NCBI RefSeq assembly: GCF_964355755.1
Contig: NC_092671.1
Coordinates: 4,030,001 to 4,094,000, forward strand
Direction of reading: 5' to 3'
DNA from: Antedon mediterranea
Taxonomy: Eukaryota > Animalia > Echinodermata
DNA: 64,000 bases
The number at the start of each line of letters is the position of its first letter. Within the stretch, counting starts at the first letter, position 1. Under the pieces are notes generated by a model. The model did no database searches. It had not been told where the DNA came from and was given only the letters and a program-made list of their open reading frames with translations. Shown piece after piece: positions 43,701 through 58,700 of this stretch. Made by a program: the position numbers and the translations under genes.

Positions 43701-46700
43701 AGTTTCATAATGTCACGACATTCACTTCAAATTGCACAGCACTAAATGTCTCTATATAACAAAAAATAATAAATTTTATATCTTTTCAATTATAGTATAT
43801 CTTTCATCAGAAAATTATAAATGTTTTTAATTACAAATTTTGAGTGATTAGGCTTAGAGTGTGATTAGCAAACAGACATTGAGCCTTGTAAACAATTAAA
43901 ACCCAAGCCTCTCTGAATCGCAGGTTTAAAATTGTAATAAATAAATATTTTGAACTGAATGACATAACTTGGTAATTTAAAACAGTCAAATATCACACTG
44001 TATCCAATCTAATAGCAAGATACAGTCACTTACAGGATTGTCCAACTATTTTGTGCTTATAAACTACTGTACAGTTAAGTCCTTGATTGAGACTTTGGAA
44101 GTAAGATTGAACCCTAGACCTTAGAATTGCAAGGCAAGGCAAGCTAAAGTTTTCACTACTTCATTTTTGTGTTTCCACCTTTTCTTTGCTGTGGTTTAAT
44201 TTTCAAATTGTTGTATCTTGTTTTAGAAATGTTGACAATGACAGTGATGATAATGTCAGTTTATAATTCTGTAATTTTAAATACCAGGCCACATTTTAGA
44301 TTTGTTTTCCCTAATTATCTGTACCATACGGTATAGTAGTGTGTAGATCAATGTTTCTTTACTTGTAATATTTTGAATTTGTATCCTGAATAAATGTGTA
44401 ACAAAAAACAACATTTTCACCATTTTTACCTATTTTTAAAATTGTATTTAATACATGGAAAAGTCTATTGTCTGCTACCTTTTTCTAGCACCATTACATT
44501 TTTAAATATATTTTCTCCATATTGTGATCAGTGTATCAAAACAAATTGATGAATAAACACATATTGTACAGTATGTTTAAAATCGAAAATGAAATTGTTT
44601 ATATTATTTAACTTTCAGATAACAACACTTGTAAACCACAAGGAAAAGCAACGAGTGTCTGAGAAGACGTGCCAAGCAATAGAACGTGTCGGACAAGCAG
44701 TAAGGCTAGCTGTTAGCAAGTTTGTATCTGTAGGGGAAGCATTAGGTAAAGAGAATTTAGACATCCAAGATGAGCTACATGAGGCTTGCTCAGAAGCCCA
44801 AGTGGCAGGTAAGCTAAGGATAAATTACTACATGAAAAGGTATTTAAGTTGACACTGATACAAGTTGAATGGCAGGGGTAAAAGCGGAGGGTGGGACCAA
44901 CAGCAGAAGTTAAGCAGAGACCTGAACTAGCTCATGACGACTTTTATCACTTTTGTGGAAAGACGAACCTCCTGTAAAAATCCTGGCTACAGACTTGGAC
45001 CATAAAATCTTTGCACAGATTTGATGCTCTCTTGGTCCATAGCATTCGTGATGGAACAAGTCCTCTCAGACAATGACTTTAACACAATTGTGTTCAGTGC
45101 ACAGAACCCATTACATCTTTTGTGATGAGTGGATTTGTTCACAATCGGCCCCTGTTGATGTTTCATAAAGGGACCTGCTGTTTCTACCAGGTTCACCTGC
45201 ACCCAATCCCAGTGTAGCTTAGTTGGATCTACAATAGGGATTCACACCAAGAAACAAACAAATACACAAAACAATCTTATTGACTTTTGTTTAAAGACGA
45301 ATTGATAAATTGTCAGAATCATTTTTTTTACAATCATAAAATGGTAATGTTAAAAATGATTTATCCGGAATAATTTACCATTTCAGGCAATAATATCGCA
45401 CGACTGACTGACACAAACAGTTGGCTTGCTTCTACAACACAAAACTCAACAGATAAAAACAGTATGATCAAAGCAGCCAGAGGTCTTCTATCAGCGGTCA
45501 CTAAGGTCCTGCTGCTGGCCGACAGAGTGGTGATCAAACAGATTATTGTTGCTGAACAGAAGGTCAAGAAAAGTCTAAATAAACTGGAAACCGTTCAGAA
45601 CTTTACTGAATTCGTCCAGCTATTCAGCCAATTTGGAAAAGAAATGGTGGAGTTGGCTCACCTCACAGGTGATCGCCAAAACGTAAGTACTTTACCTTAA
45701 TGACTCACAATTAACTTTAATCCTCACAATTAACTTTAGTATAACCAATCATTGGGACACACCCCTAATCCGGGGCGCTTACCGTAAAACGAATATGGGA
45801 CAATTGTCCATATTATCTTTTTTTTCATACGCATCTAAACAGCAATAAATAAACTTACCAATTACTGGATGAATAAACTATTTTATAATTTATTGTGTTT
45901 TTATTAACTAACAAGTCTCATTTTAAGCTTAGGAAGTGGAGTTGAAGAGTCGTGAGTTACAACCTGACATAGAAATAGAGGATTATATTATTATAAAGAG
46001 CTGTAGTAACTAGTATAGCTCTGATAATAACAGACCAACTGTACTGAACTGCATCATTTATGATTCCCTCCCTACACAACTGGGTTCAAATATCAATTTT
46101 CAATATCAAGGCACAGTATGCTATTCTAGTTAACATCATTTACATAATTTGTCTCTTTCTGATGATGTTAATTTCCATCCGTGTCATAAACAATAATATT
46201 AGCATTCTCTGACGCCATTTTGAATCGGTTCAATAAATACTATACTGTAGTATCATTCCCACAGCCATAAATACATAATTATTAGCAACATTGAATAGTA
46301 GCAACATTATTACTTTAGTGTACTGTATTGATAGGTTACTAAAATAATATTTATTCAGCTGAGGTCTTTAATTTTGTACGGTTTTAAAAAATAGTAATTT
46401 TACCTCTAAACACTTGATAAGATAGGTTAACACATTGGTTGAAACTGATTACAGTAGGTATTGATTGGTCACATTCAGATGGCTCTAATAATGCATACAG
46501 TGCATTAGAACCCTTTATTGGGACATCCCCTATTCAGAGACCCCATTATAACCCATATTCAGAGGACACCCATGGGGACATGTTTTTTGGTCCTTTGAGG
46601 ATGTCTATTTTTTATAATAGTCTGTGCCCTTGAAAGGAATTCTACTGTATTTGAAAGTCCTTGGTCACTATTATGTCTAAATGTCAAATTTCAAAAATTT

Positions 46701-49700
46701 GAAGTTCCCCAAAATGTGGAATTTCCCAGATTTTTAGGGAAAATACCAGTTCATTAAATTGCAAATTTCCACCAAAAAATGCTACTTTTAAAATGATAGA
46801 TTATCATATGCCTATTATTTGAAATGATTAATTTAACGAATAGAAAATGTGATTGGAATAACTTCTTTCAAATAGAGTTATTATATCGTAGCTTAGATCG
46901 CCTTCTGTCACCTGAATATATGATACTGTACAGTATTTTTTAAATATAATTAACACTGTTTAGCATGCTGAATGTTATATTAGATAGAGAGAGGCCTACA
47001 TTGAAATTGACAATTAACATTTAATGGTTTTGCTTGTCGTTTGTACAAGTAGTAAAACGATGGTGATTGAATAATGCATTGTAAGAGTTAATGTGACGTT
47101 TGCTATTGAATGATTAATAAGATTCCTAAGACAAGAATTATTGAAGTTGCTGTCTGTTTATGATTTATGATATGATGTGATCAAATAATTAGATGTATCC
47201 ATTTTGCAGGACTTGAAAGATGAACGAATACGAGTGCAGATGGCAGCGGCTAGGGGAGTCTTAGAAAAATCAACAATGATGTTGTTGACATCCTGCAAAG
47301 TTAGTGAAACTTCATAAATTTTGTTTCTAGACAGCGCTGAAATATTTTTTAAAGCAAACACATTATAAAGTTTGTTGTTAGAGGAAAGGAAAGTAAATTT
47401 TACAATAAATACTTAACTAATTCACAAATCAATAGTCATATCTACAGAAAGTTCCATTTGAAATCTGATTTTCTGACCAGATTTAAAAAATGCAACATTG
47501 TGCTTAAAGGATGAATAACTAAACAACAGAGGTTTGTTAACAGGTCAAATCAAAAGGAAAAACAAGATAATTAATTGGCCCAGACAATTACCCCAAAAAC
47601 AACATCTCCTCCTAGACAAATAAAAACATTGATTTGTATAGTTATGCTTATGACCTAAATTGTCTTCATTGGTCCAACTTGGATGAGTTGACCAATAACA
47701 AGCGACAATTTGGATGTTCCATTGCATCATGATTGGTCAAATTACTTTCTTGCATTTACTTTCTTATGTTGTGTCTAAACCAAGCTTTAGGTGTACAGTA
47801 GTTGTCTTTTGGTGGTATCTTATGTAACGTAATATTAAATAATAAAATAATTAAATAAATATTAGTGTGTGCATATCAGTGTACATTGCTATTGTTAAGA
47901 ATAATACATTTTTTTCACAATCAAACTTTAAATATGATAATGTTACTATCATTGTATATTGTATTTTTTGTTGCAATTTTTTGTACATCAACATCATTTG
48001 TTATGATACCATTTTAATGCATAATGCGTATGATACCATAATGTAAAAATAATGACGCTACTTCCTAATGCAAACAGCATTACTTTACAACCGTTTTTCG
48101 ATTTTGTTTTCGGATGCAATTCCAAAACAATCATGATGAAGGCATGATGTCAATATAATGATCGCTACAATATTACTAACAATTCTCAGAGGTTTTTAAA
48201 TCGATAATCTTTATAGAGTGATTAGGGACGTCATGTCAGTTTTTAAAATTCGCAAATATTGATGTAATCTCATCAAACAGTGGTTTTTTTTTCCGTACTA
48301 ATTGCCTTTTTAATTTAAAATCACCAGATATAAATAGCATGATTATAGTTATAATGTATCAACACTTTGAAATAAACAAACCCTTCATAATGTAGAAGAT
48401 ATTTACTACAGCATTCAATACAATCTTCCCCCACAAAATGACAATTTTAACCAGCTCTTTAGTACCAATTTTGTTTTCTATGCCAATGTAGAAATCAATT
48501 TGGGACAATTAAAAAAGTCATTAATCCTAGGTGATAAGATCTAATTATTTAAGTACAATTTTTTTAGATAACATAAATAATATTTTACAATTGATCCAAT
48601 TATTATATAGCATATGATTACTCTTGGTTAATGTTAGGCCTAACCTACCACTACTACTAAACAATTATTCATTTTCTTTTACCATTTTTAATACCGGTTA
48701 GTGCCAAATTATTCCTGCTTCGGGAGAACACTCTAAATTTATAAGACATTTTCCTTCATGTACCACTTTCTCATTTCAAAAGTATATATTATAAATTAGT
48801 TTACACAGATCATTATTACAAGCTACAATATCAAACATTTACCCGCGAGACAATAGACTAACCACATTTTTAGTATATTTCGCTATAAAGATTGTGTAAC
48901 AATTTCAGTTTGTTCTTCTAATTAATAGTTATCTGTTAAAAGCATTTGATATATTGTTTAGATATAAAGATACTTTTAAACTTATCCTGTCAGCGACGTG
49001 TGCATCAATTTTAATATACAATAATGCACTGGTGATATCTGTAATATAATGTACCAAACTATTGACAGTCTTGAAAACCTATTTTAGGATAAAAAATGTC
49101 ATTTATGCAGTCTATAAAATATTAATACTTAGGCATAATACTGACATCTTGCTATTGATAAAGTAGAGAAGCTCAATAGTTTTCTTTTTTATTTATTTTT
49201 TAGGAGTAAACCATTCAAAAATCCTTTTTTTTTTTAAAGAAGAAACTGACAAACATACTATTTATAGTATGTCGTCATACCGTGATTTTAGCAATTAAAG
49301 AACAACCCTGCATAAATCCGAACATACCCTTAGCTGTTGTATTGTGAATCCATTTAATGATTTTTGTTCTCTTTTAGACGTGTATTCGTCATCCCGACTG
49401 TCAATCAGCGCAAGATAATTGTACCGGTGTCTTTCGAATGATGCGCAAAGCATTCCAGATGTTAGATGAAGTATTGTTGGATAGTTCGTCAATGTCCGTA
49501 CTTGTAAAACCGAAGAATATTTACAATCTTTTACACACGCTCAGTGTAAGTATTTAAATTATTTTCATCAATGTTGATGAGATTTATAATAGCATAATAG
49601 GAAGTAACAGTATATAACCTCATTCTACTGTAAAGATTGATGAACAAGCTAACACTTAACATTGTCATACACCCCTCATTCTAACAATGGTACAGTCCAT

Positions 49701-52700
49701 AATGAATGGGTATTGTCCTGGTGGTTATTGTCCGATTTCCGATTTGAATATTTATAATGTTCTTATTTTGTTCAATGTTTTGTTAAATAAGAAACCCTGT
49801 TTTTTTACACCTCTATTAAGGGAGCACTTTCCTGGGAAGCAAATGAGGAAAAACATTTTTTCACTACAGCCAATCCTTGTTCAGGAGACACCTATTGAGA
49901 GGACTGTTATGTTCAAAAGGTTTCCCATAAAAGTTCTATTGTATTGGAAAATCGTATAAGATTCGAATGTCACCGCCATCTTTCGTTTCTTGAACGTATG
50001 TAACATTAAAGGGAGAATCATGAAAAGTTTAACATCTAATGTCATCCTCCAAATGCTCTGATCTTTATTAATATAGCACTATAGAAATGTAGCATTTAAA
50101 TTTTCAGAACAATTGTTTTTTTTTTGATAATCCGTCTGTTTTTCAAATATCAATAACTCTGCAAAAAAACAGAAGAATTAGATTGAACGAAACAGGAAAG
50201 ACCTTAATTACAATGGCTATAACAAGCTGATAAAATGTCAATATGTTTGTTGTTATTACCACGATATTGTTTGAGGATAAATTATTTTATTTTTATATGT
50301 TTACCAGTCTTGTTGACCTTTAAAATAAATCACCAAATGTACAAGGAGGCCTTGGTAGTAATTACAATAATTAGCCCACTAATGTTTAAATCTGGAAACT
50401 AAAAATGAGGATTATTCCTACAGTAATTGCTTAAATTGACATAACCATTGGTAAAATATTTTTAAATAATTTTTCTGTTTGATTGTATATATTCACATTA
50501 TCTCATCACTTTTAATATCATCATTATTATTTTCTATTATCTTTACCTCGATCACCTTTACTGTCACATTCACCGTCTCTAACTTTTATCATTATCACAT
50601 TTGTCATCATCATCATCATCATTATCATTATCATCTCTCACTTTTATCATTATCACATTTATCATCATCATGATCATCTCTCACTTTTATCATTATTACA
50701 TTTATCATCATCATCATCATCATCTGTTACTTTTATCATTATCACATTTATCATCATCATCATCTGTCACTTTTATCATTATCACATTTATCATCATCAT
50801 CATCATCATCTGTCACTTTTATCATTATCACAGTTATCATCATCATCATCTGTCACTTTTATCATTCACAGTTTCATCATCATCATCACTTTACTTTAAT
50901 CATACCGTTTATTGTTTATCATCAACACCATTATCACCTTCCACCTCAAATAACATTATACTATTAAAATTCACACAAAAGGAAAATTTAACTTAAAAAC
51001 ATGAATACAATACAGTATAACACACAACACCTAATGCAAACATTTTTAAAACAGATTTAGAACAAATGCCTTTTATATACCTATATAAACAAGACATTTT
51101 TCAATTAAAACGCATTCTCTTTTATCAAGTTTACGTCTAAGAAACAAAGGAGTACTTGAACAAAATGTTAAACCAGTTCTATGAATCTTGCTTTAGCCTA
51201 CAGCATGTGTCGTGATCAATGCAAAACCTTTTAAAAACAGATTACAAAATATACTTTTTTTACAGCTAACATTTAGCTAACAAGACATTTCTCAAGTAAA
51301 AACATTAATTTTCAAGTTCTACAATACATTCTTTCTAAACAAAACAATACCTGTCCATTGATTAACTAAAAAACGTTGAAAACATTTCTACGAATTGTTA
51401 GCCTAAAGCATGAGGAGATATCTTTTCAGTATCAATGGCTTCTTTCATCACATGATAACCATGGTAACTATATTGATTTCTAAGCATCTTTGTTATAGAT
51501 GACTTGGTCCTACATCTTAAAATTAAAAATCAGATTGATTTCTTGTCCATGAAATGGACAACTGAGCATGCCCAGTACGGTAAACTATTCAGATTTAACT
51601 AAATCCATATTAGTATATTTGTAACCTATTTACAGTAGTATTAGATCTTTCCAATATATAGGTCAAAATTTGTTAAAAGCTAAGAGTAGTGTTACGATCA
51701 CATTTGAAACAAAATATAATATAATTTATTTTAGTTAATTATACTCGTAATATATTAGTTAAAGGCTATGTTCCATGTAATAGTTCCCAACTTTAACCTT
51801 TGACCTAGTATTGCATGGTTTAATCCTGTTACATTACATACTATTTTTTCATGTTCATTCTCCTCTTCTCCCACTCCATGTTTTCTTTCCTGTCTTCATT
51901 GATCATTTATATTTACACTACGTTTCCTATTCTCCATGCTCCTAATTTCCATTCTACACCTTATGCCCATCTATTCTTTCTTTCTATGTAAATGCTTCTG
52001 TCTCTTGGTATTCTTAATTATTCTTCTTCATTTATATTTATACCTTCTTCCATTAAAGTGCAATTTGCCTTTCTTCATTTTCACATCCAACAGCAAGTAG
52101 CACATCAATGCTTTTAAACTAAATCTTACTTGAGACTTAGGAAGTGGAGGATTGACACTAGGTCAAGATTGAACTATGACACTAGGTCAAGATTGAACCT
52201 TGTCACTAGGACAAGATTGAACCTTGTCACTAGGACAGGATTAAACCCAGGACCTAAGGATTGGAAACCAAGCCTATACTCCACTGTACTTTCTGGATAA
52301 CAGTCTGTTTTTTCTCATTTTATTTAGGATGTAATTGAGACGTCTAAGGTAACACAAGCAGAAAGCAACACACAAGACAAGCTAGTGACAACACTGAGTT
52401 TAGTTGTTGATGCCACTCAGGACTTCACTGACTCCGCTTACACACAGCATGAGCAAAGGGAACGAATACTTAAACTGCTTAGCAAAGCTAAACTTGATGT
52501 CAACCACCTTGTACAAGTTGGTAAACGTATTGTAAGTTTTTTTAATTTCTCTATCTTCCTTTTTGCCATTAAGAAGTTATTTTAGGAATTCTTTCTTTTT
52601 TTTTTATGGTTTTTTTTTTTTATGAAATCACGATGTGTTTTGTTATCACTTTATAATGAATAGTTATCATGTTTTATCCATCAGGAGCAGGGTAACGCTG

Positions 52701-55700
52701 CGAGATATGAGGAAGAGCTGGATACAAGTGTCTACAAAGCTATCAAAACGGTGGATGATGTTAAAAAACAGGTACAACAATCTCCAACCTTGCCAATTTT
52801 TTAAAGCTCTGTCTACACTCTCAAACTAATATGATAAGAAGTGTGATGTCCCAAAATATGGTAGTGGTATTCCTAAATTTGGTAGTGATGTGACATCATC
52901 ATGTCCATATATAGCCACATCATAATTTTTTGTCACATAAAGTTTGATAGTGTAGACAGAGCTTAATGTGACATATTACCTATTTTCATGTTCTGGGCTC
53001 AAATCCTTCAAATCCTTTTTTATTTTCGTGTTTGTAAAGAGTGTAAATATGACATTAGCAACCTCGGCAATAATAAGGAATAAACAAACAAAATAATTCA
53101 CATCTTCTTAATGAATAAATTTACATACATGAATAAATTATCCTTGTATTTACAAAAAGGCAATTACCGTCCTGTGCATATTTAATTTGGATATAATTTT
53201 AAAATAATTAGTTATGAATACTAATGAGAGGTTTAGCCTTTTCATATTTTGTAAATAATCCACAATTTTGGTTGTTTTTGTAATTAACTTTTTTAATCGG
53301 TTTAGTTTTAATTGAAATAATTGATTGTAATATGTTGAGTGATTCCAACATAGTTAATAGGATATGTTTTGTGTACAGTAGGTGGAGGATTTCATTGACT
53401 TTAAAGTTTAACATTTTAAATTGATTTAAGAGTAATCTAAAGGTCTGTCTACATTATCAAACTAGTTCGATAGATACCCATGCACACCTGGATACAGAGG
53501 GGCAAACATGAGTAAAGTTTCTTGCCTATAGGACACAAGCAATGCGACTAGCATTGGATTCGAACCCAACACACTGCGCCCCCACATTTTCTTACTCTCC
53601 ACTTACTAGACATACAGTTGTTAAAGCTTTCAACAATTTGGATTTTTTTTTTCATATTTAGCTTCAAATGACAGCACTAAGTCAAGCAGAGGAAATATTT
53701 AGGAGTAGAGACCAAGACGAGTTAACAAGTAAATTAAAGGAAGCGGCTACGTTTGGACAAATTGACAGGGTTCAGAGTTCAGCTGAAAAATTCATGCAAT
53801 ATTCAGAGCAATTACAGGAGGTATATATTCATTGCTCCCCACCTTGACCTAGTTTTAGTGGTTTATAGGTCCAGACTGATGACACATCAGTTGACCTGAC
53901 CTAATTTGGTTGTTTGTTGTCACATAAGTTGGTCTCTCTCAGGCAAAGTCAATGCATATTTCAACTGAACAGTCTGATGTTCCCAATCATGAGGATAACT
54001 AACCAACCAAGTAACAAGTAAAAGCTAATTCGTAGTATGCTATTTAAGCCTACTTACACACGTTGCCTGACTTGTGTTTTTATTTTTCTAGGCCTGTAAG
54101 TTGATGCGTCATGTAGCATCTAAACCACCGGTTGCAATTGGCCTGGAAAATGCAGAAAATAACATGATTAAATTAGCGCCACAGGTAATTATAACTATTT
54201 ATATGTATTAAGTTTTCTAAAGTCCATGCAGAATCGATTTGACCCATCCGTAAAAGTCCATGCAGAATCGATTTGACCCATCCGTAGAAGTCCATGCAGA
54301 ATCAATTTGACCCATCCGTAGAAGTCCATGCAGAATCAATTTGACCCATCCGTAGAAGTCCATGCAGAATCGATTTTACCCATCCATAGATGCAGTAGAT
54401 TTGTATAATCAACAAACTTTCTTTCTCTATTTAGTTGTATTTGCATTAAAACAAATTATAATTAAATAGTAATATTTGGGTTACAGATTTTGTTTCTTTT
54501 TTATTTTAAAAAGTATTTGTGTCTAGCTTTATTAGTCTACTTTCATTTGCATCATATTAAGGTTTAAAATGGTAACCATGCCAACGTAACAACAAATGCA
54601 AACAATCGTAATTGCCCTATGAATTTCTTGAAGGTTTTTTTGTCCAAAACTGCAACTTTGGTCACTGTTATGATTTTCCTAAATTTCTTTTTTTTTTTAT
54701 TTCTAATCGTCATATTTTACTTTTTACATTTGTTATTGATCATAAATTTCAAAATGAATAACTTTAGTTTCATATGCCATAATTGAAAAGCTTCATTAAA
54801 TATAGCATTAAATAAATTCATGAATTAAGTTTCACATGCATAATATTAAACATAAACACTCAACCAACTTGGCATGATTTATTTTATCTTAAATATTTTA
54901 CGAAGCACAAAATTTAAAAGCATTCTTACAATCTTATCGATCAAATTTGATATAGAAAAAGGTATTCGTTGATGAATAAATTTGAAATGTTTAGGAAATT
55001 CATTGGAGTTTTCAATATACGATCGGAAGTAATTGTTTATGTTCTGAACTTTGTTTATTACGGCAATTAGAATAATTCAAAGTACAAATAAAACTATATT
55101 GTATTGTTTAAACTATTATGTATTTAACTGTGCTTTTTATTATCTAATTAAAACAAAATCTTAAAGCAAAAAAATGCATTAAATTAAAGGATTCAAACCA
55201 ACCCAACAACAAGTTGCAGTTGTCCTTCAAATCCCTGTCTAACAAACTTTTGTTAGCAACTTAAGAAGTTAATGCAAGACCAGTCGGAACACCTAGTACT
55301 GTACGATCAGTCATATTTCTTTTCTGAACAATTATGATTGCTCTTGCTCCAGTTTTTTTTATAAAATTTGTAAGGGTTACACAGGAACTGGAAAAGTTCA
55401 ATCCATCACAGTTTAGGCTACACAGATTTTTGAGAACCGTAATAAGGACAAACTAATTGACCATTACAGTATTTGATGACTGACCTTTGACAATACTAGG
55501 TCAAAAAATATTTATCAGACAAATTCTCAGACTGTTTTAATTGACCAATTACCTGTAATAGATTGTTGGTATTTTTACATTATTACCGGTTCCCCTTTTT
55601 ACTTCAAAATGTTTGCATGAAAAATGTTCATTTATCATAATTTTGCAGCTAGTAACAGCGTTCTCGACGTTCGCAATAAACCCTACCAGTAAAATTGCAA

Positions 55701-58700
55701 AAGAAAACGTAGATGTTTTTAGCAACACGTGGCAATGGCAGGTGAAAGAGATTAATATGATCATGAAAGAAATAACGGACACTTGCACGGGCAGAGCTAG
55801 TAAGTATATGTGTTGTTCCTTTGTAAACAGCTACATTATATTTTCTTGTGTAACAACCCATTTTTCCCAAAGCAGGGGTTGTAATGTATATAGTTTACCA
55901 CTCAAACAAAACATAGATCTGTCTTCAACAAACAATAAATAAAATTTGTTTTACAAAAAAATAATTTATAAATGAACACTTGCACTGATGTTGGGCTAGT
56001 GTTGACTGAAAGCTCTGCTAATTTTTCTGGCTGTTTTTACTTTATTTTTTATTTATTAGCTTTTTGCTTATTTTATTTTGTATCTCCATTAAAATCCAGC
56101 CACTGATACACACAGCATTATCATTTTTTCAGTAATTTGCCTTTGGCTTTGTATAAATGATAATACTGTATATTTCACCATTCACACAAAGCATTCGTAT
56201 GTTTTATGTCTTCCTTACATAATGCACATGACACCCCATACTTTACTCAACGATAATTGCTTGTTGATTAGCAAGTTGTAGACAATCTTCCTTATGTTAT
56301 AACCTTTGTTGATTGACATATGTCAGTCACAGTATCTCTGTCAGCTTGTGTATCGATCACTGCAATGCAATCTGATGATACTGACAAGTTGTAAGTGTAA
56401 TTAAATCTGTAATTAAACAGGCAGAACTATTATAGTGTATTTTTGTAGATGCGGTTTACTGTATAATTAACCTGAATGTGTCTTCTTTCCAAGTACTTGT
56501 CACTGTTTTAAAAGATTTTATTTTATTTTTTTAAATTAGTCTGTTGTATCGAAGACTTAAATATAAAGTATAAAAATTAAAGAAGCCTGCATCTATTTCA
56601 AGTACTATTACTGTTTCAAAGATTTTGTTGTTGATATAAATTTGTATAAAGAGAGAGACAACCCTATTAAGGGGAAACAACGTTGTGGAACAAACAAGGG
56701 GAATATATGTTTTCACAGTAGTCAATGCAGTGGACACCACTATTAAGAGGACACTTTGTTAGGTCCAAATGGTTTCCCCTTAGCGTTCTATTGTATGTTT
56801 TATACCATACATGAATATGTTTATATTTTCTCATTTTACTTGTACAGTATAATATTACTAGTAGTTTGTTATTCATTATTATTTATAAAGTGCCTAGTAA
56901 CAGGAGGAAGTAATGTGAGCTTGGTTCGAGTTCAATATAACATTTATTTCATAATGGTCAATATAAAACATAGTATACAAAACATGCATTCAGTTTAAAG
57001 AAAAACTGATTGTAACGCCTCATAATATTATACTTTATAACAATACTGTAAACCATAAAATAAAATAATGTCTCAATTCATATCAACATTATTGACCTAG
57101 ATAAATCTATATTTGATAAAAATAAAACAATTTGAGGACAAGATTAGCCTTATTATCGCTAATGCATTCGTAAGTCCTGCACGCTTGAATTGCCATGGAA
57201 ACTGTCTCAGATGATTGGATTCAGATTGAGACAAATGAATTTCTTTATCCTTTAATTATTCATCATTTTCTCATTTTAGATCAGAAGCACGTTTATTTGT
57301 CACTTCCTCGACCAGGTGTAAGTAAAAGCTACTTATTATATACTCAAGGTTTTTATAATCTGTTGTTAGAACATCGTTATTATGTCAATTTTATCACCAT
57401 TAGTCTTAAATCTACATGTCAGAAATGATAACAAATTTGTTTTTCTCAGATTTTCAACAGACAATTAAAATACTGTATTGTTAAAATCATCACTATATTA
57501 ATCTTTATAGTACATGCACATTTATCTATCTACCTACCTACTACCAGTATTGCACTCTTAAGAGGTCATGTACTTCTTCTCCTGCGAGTTCTTGCACTCC
57601 TCCTACTAGCTCTTCCACTCCTCCTTTTAGCTCCTGCACTCTTTCTATGAGCAGTGCCTGCATTCCACTTGTGAGCTCTTGCACTCCTCTTTTGAGCTCT
57701 TTCACCACCACAAGTCGAGTGAGCTCTTGCAACCCTACAAGTCAAGTGAGCTCTTGCACCCCTACAAGTCAAGTGAGCTCTTGCATCCCTGCAAGTCAAG
57801 TGAGCTCTTGCACTCCTCGTTTGAGCTCCTGCACTCTTCTATGAGCAACGCCTGCACTCCACTTGTGAGCTCTTGCACTCCTCTTGCGAGCTCTTGCACT
57901 CCTCTTGTGAGCTCCTGCACTCTTCTATGAGCAATGCCTGCACTCCACTTGTGAGCTCTTGTACTCCTCTTGTGAGCTCCTGCACTCTTCTATGAGCAAC
58001 GCATGCACTCCACTTGTGAGCTCTTGTACTCCTCTTGCGAGCTCTTGCACTCCACTTGTGAGCTCTTGTACTCCTCTTGCGAGCTCTTGCACTCCTCTTG
58101 TGAGCTCTTGAATTCCTCCTGTGAGCTCTTACACTCCTCCTGCAAGATCATGCTGTCCTCCTGCAATCCTCCTCTAAGCCAGTGCACCTTTGCAAGTTCC
58201 CACAGTCCTCCTGTGAGCTCTTACACTCCTCCTGCAAGATCATGCTGTCCTCCTGCAATCCTCCTCTAAGCCAGTGCACCTTTGCAAGTTCCCACAGTCC
58301 TCCTGTGAGCTCTTACACTCCTCCTGCAAGATCATGCTGTCCTCCTGCACTCCTCCTCTAAGCCAGTGCACCTTTACAAGCTCCTACAGTCCTCATGTGA
58401 GCTCCTGCAGTCCCCCTATGAGGTCTTGCACGTCTTATGTTAGCTACACTCATATGAACTCTGACACTGCACTCTTCTTTATAGAAAACCCAAAACAAAG
58501 GGATGTTGATTTATGTGATTATTTTTGTTATTGGTTTCACAATAAAGTGAAATTATTGAAATCTTTTAATGCTGATTTATTTTATATAATTACAGAAACA
58601 TGGTACTACTATGAAATCATCTAGACCAGTTAAACTTGATGCAGAGGTAGGCATAACTATAAAGCTTTTACCTTGTCATTACTTAGCCAAAATATTCCTT

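Noticed and set aside
44830-45280. GC-richer block with a GTGATGA C-box-like motif in catulin intron 2
   Set aside because: No CTGA D box at a suitable distance and no terminal stem; probably a TE remnant.
50479-50996. Poly-His/Ser/Ile ORFs
   Set aside because: Translation artefacts of the (CAT)n compound repeat.
54221-54390. 34-bp repeats of CRISPR-like length
   Set aside because: Units are head-to-tail with no spacers, in a eukaryotic intron, with no cas genes; an ordinary minisatellite.
57541-58624. Many overlapping ORFs on both strands
   Set aside because: Produced by a 21-bp period; frames break repeatedly, and catulin exons 11 and 12 join in frame without them.
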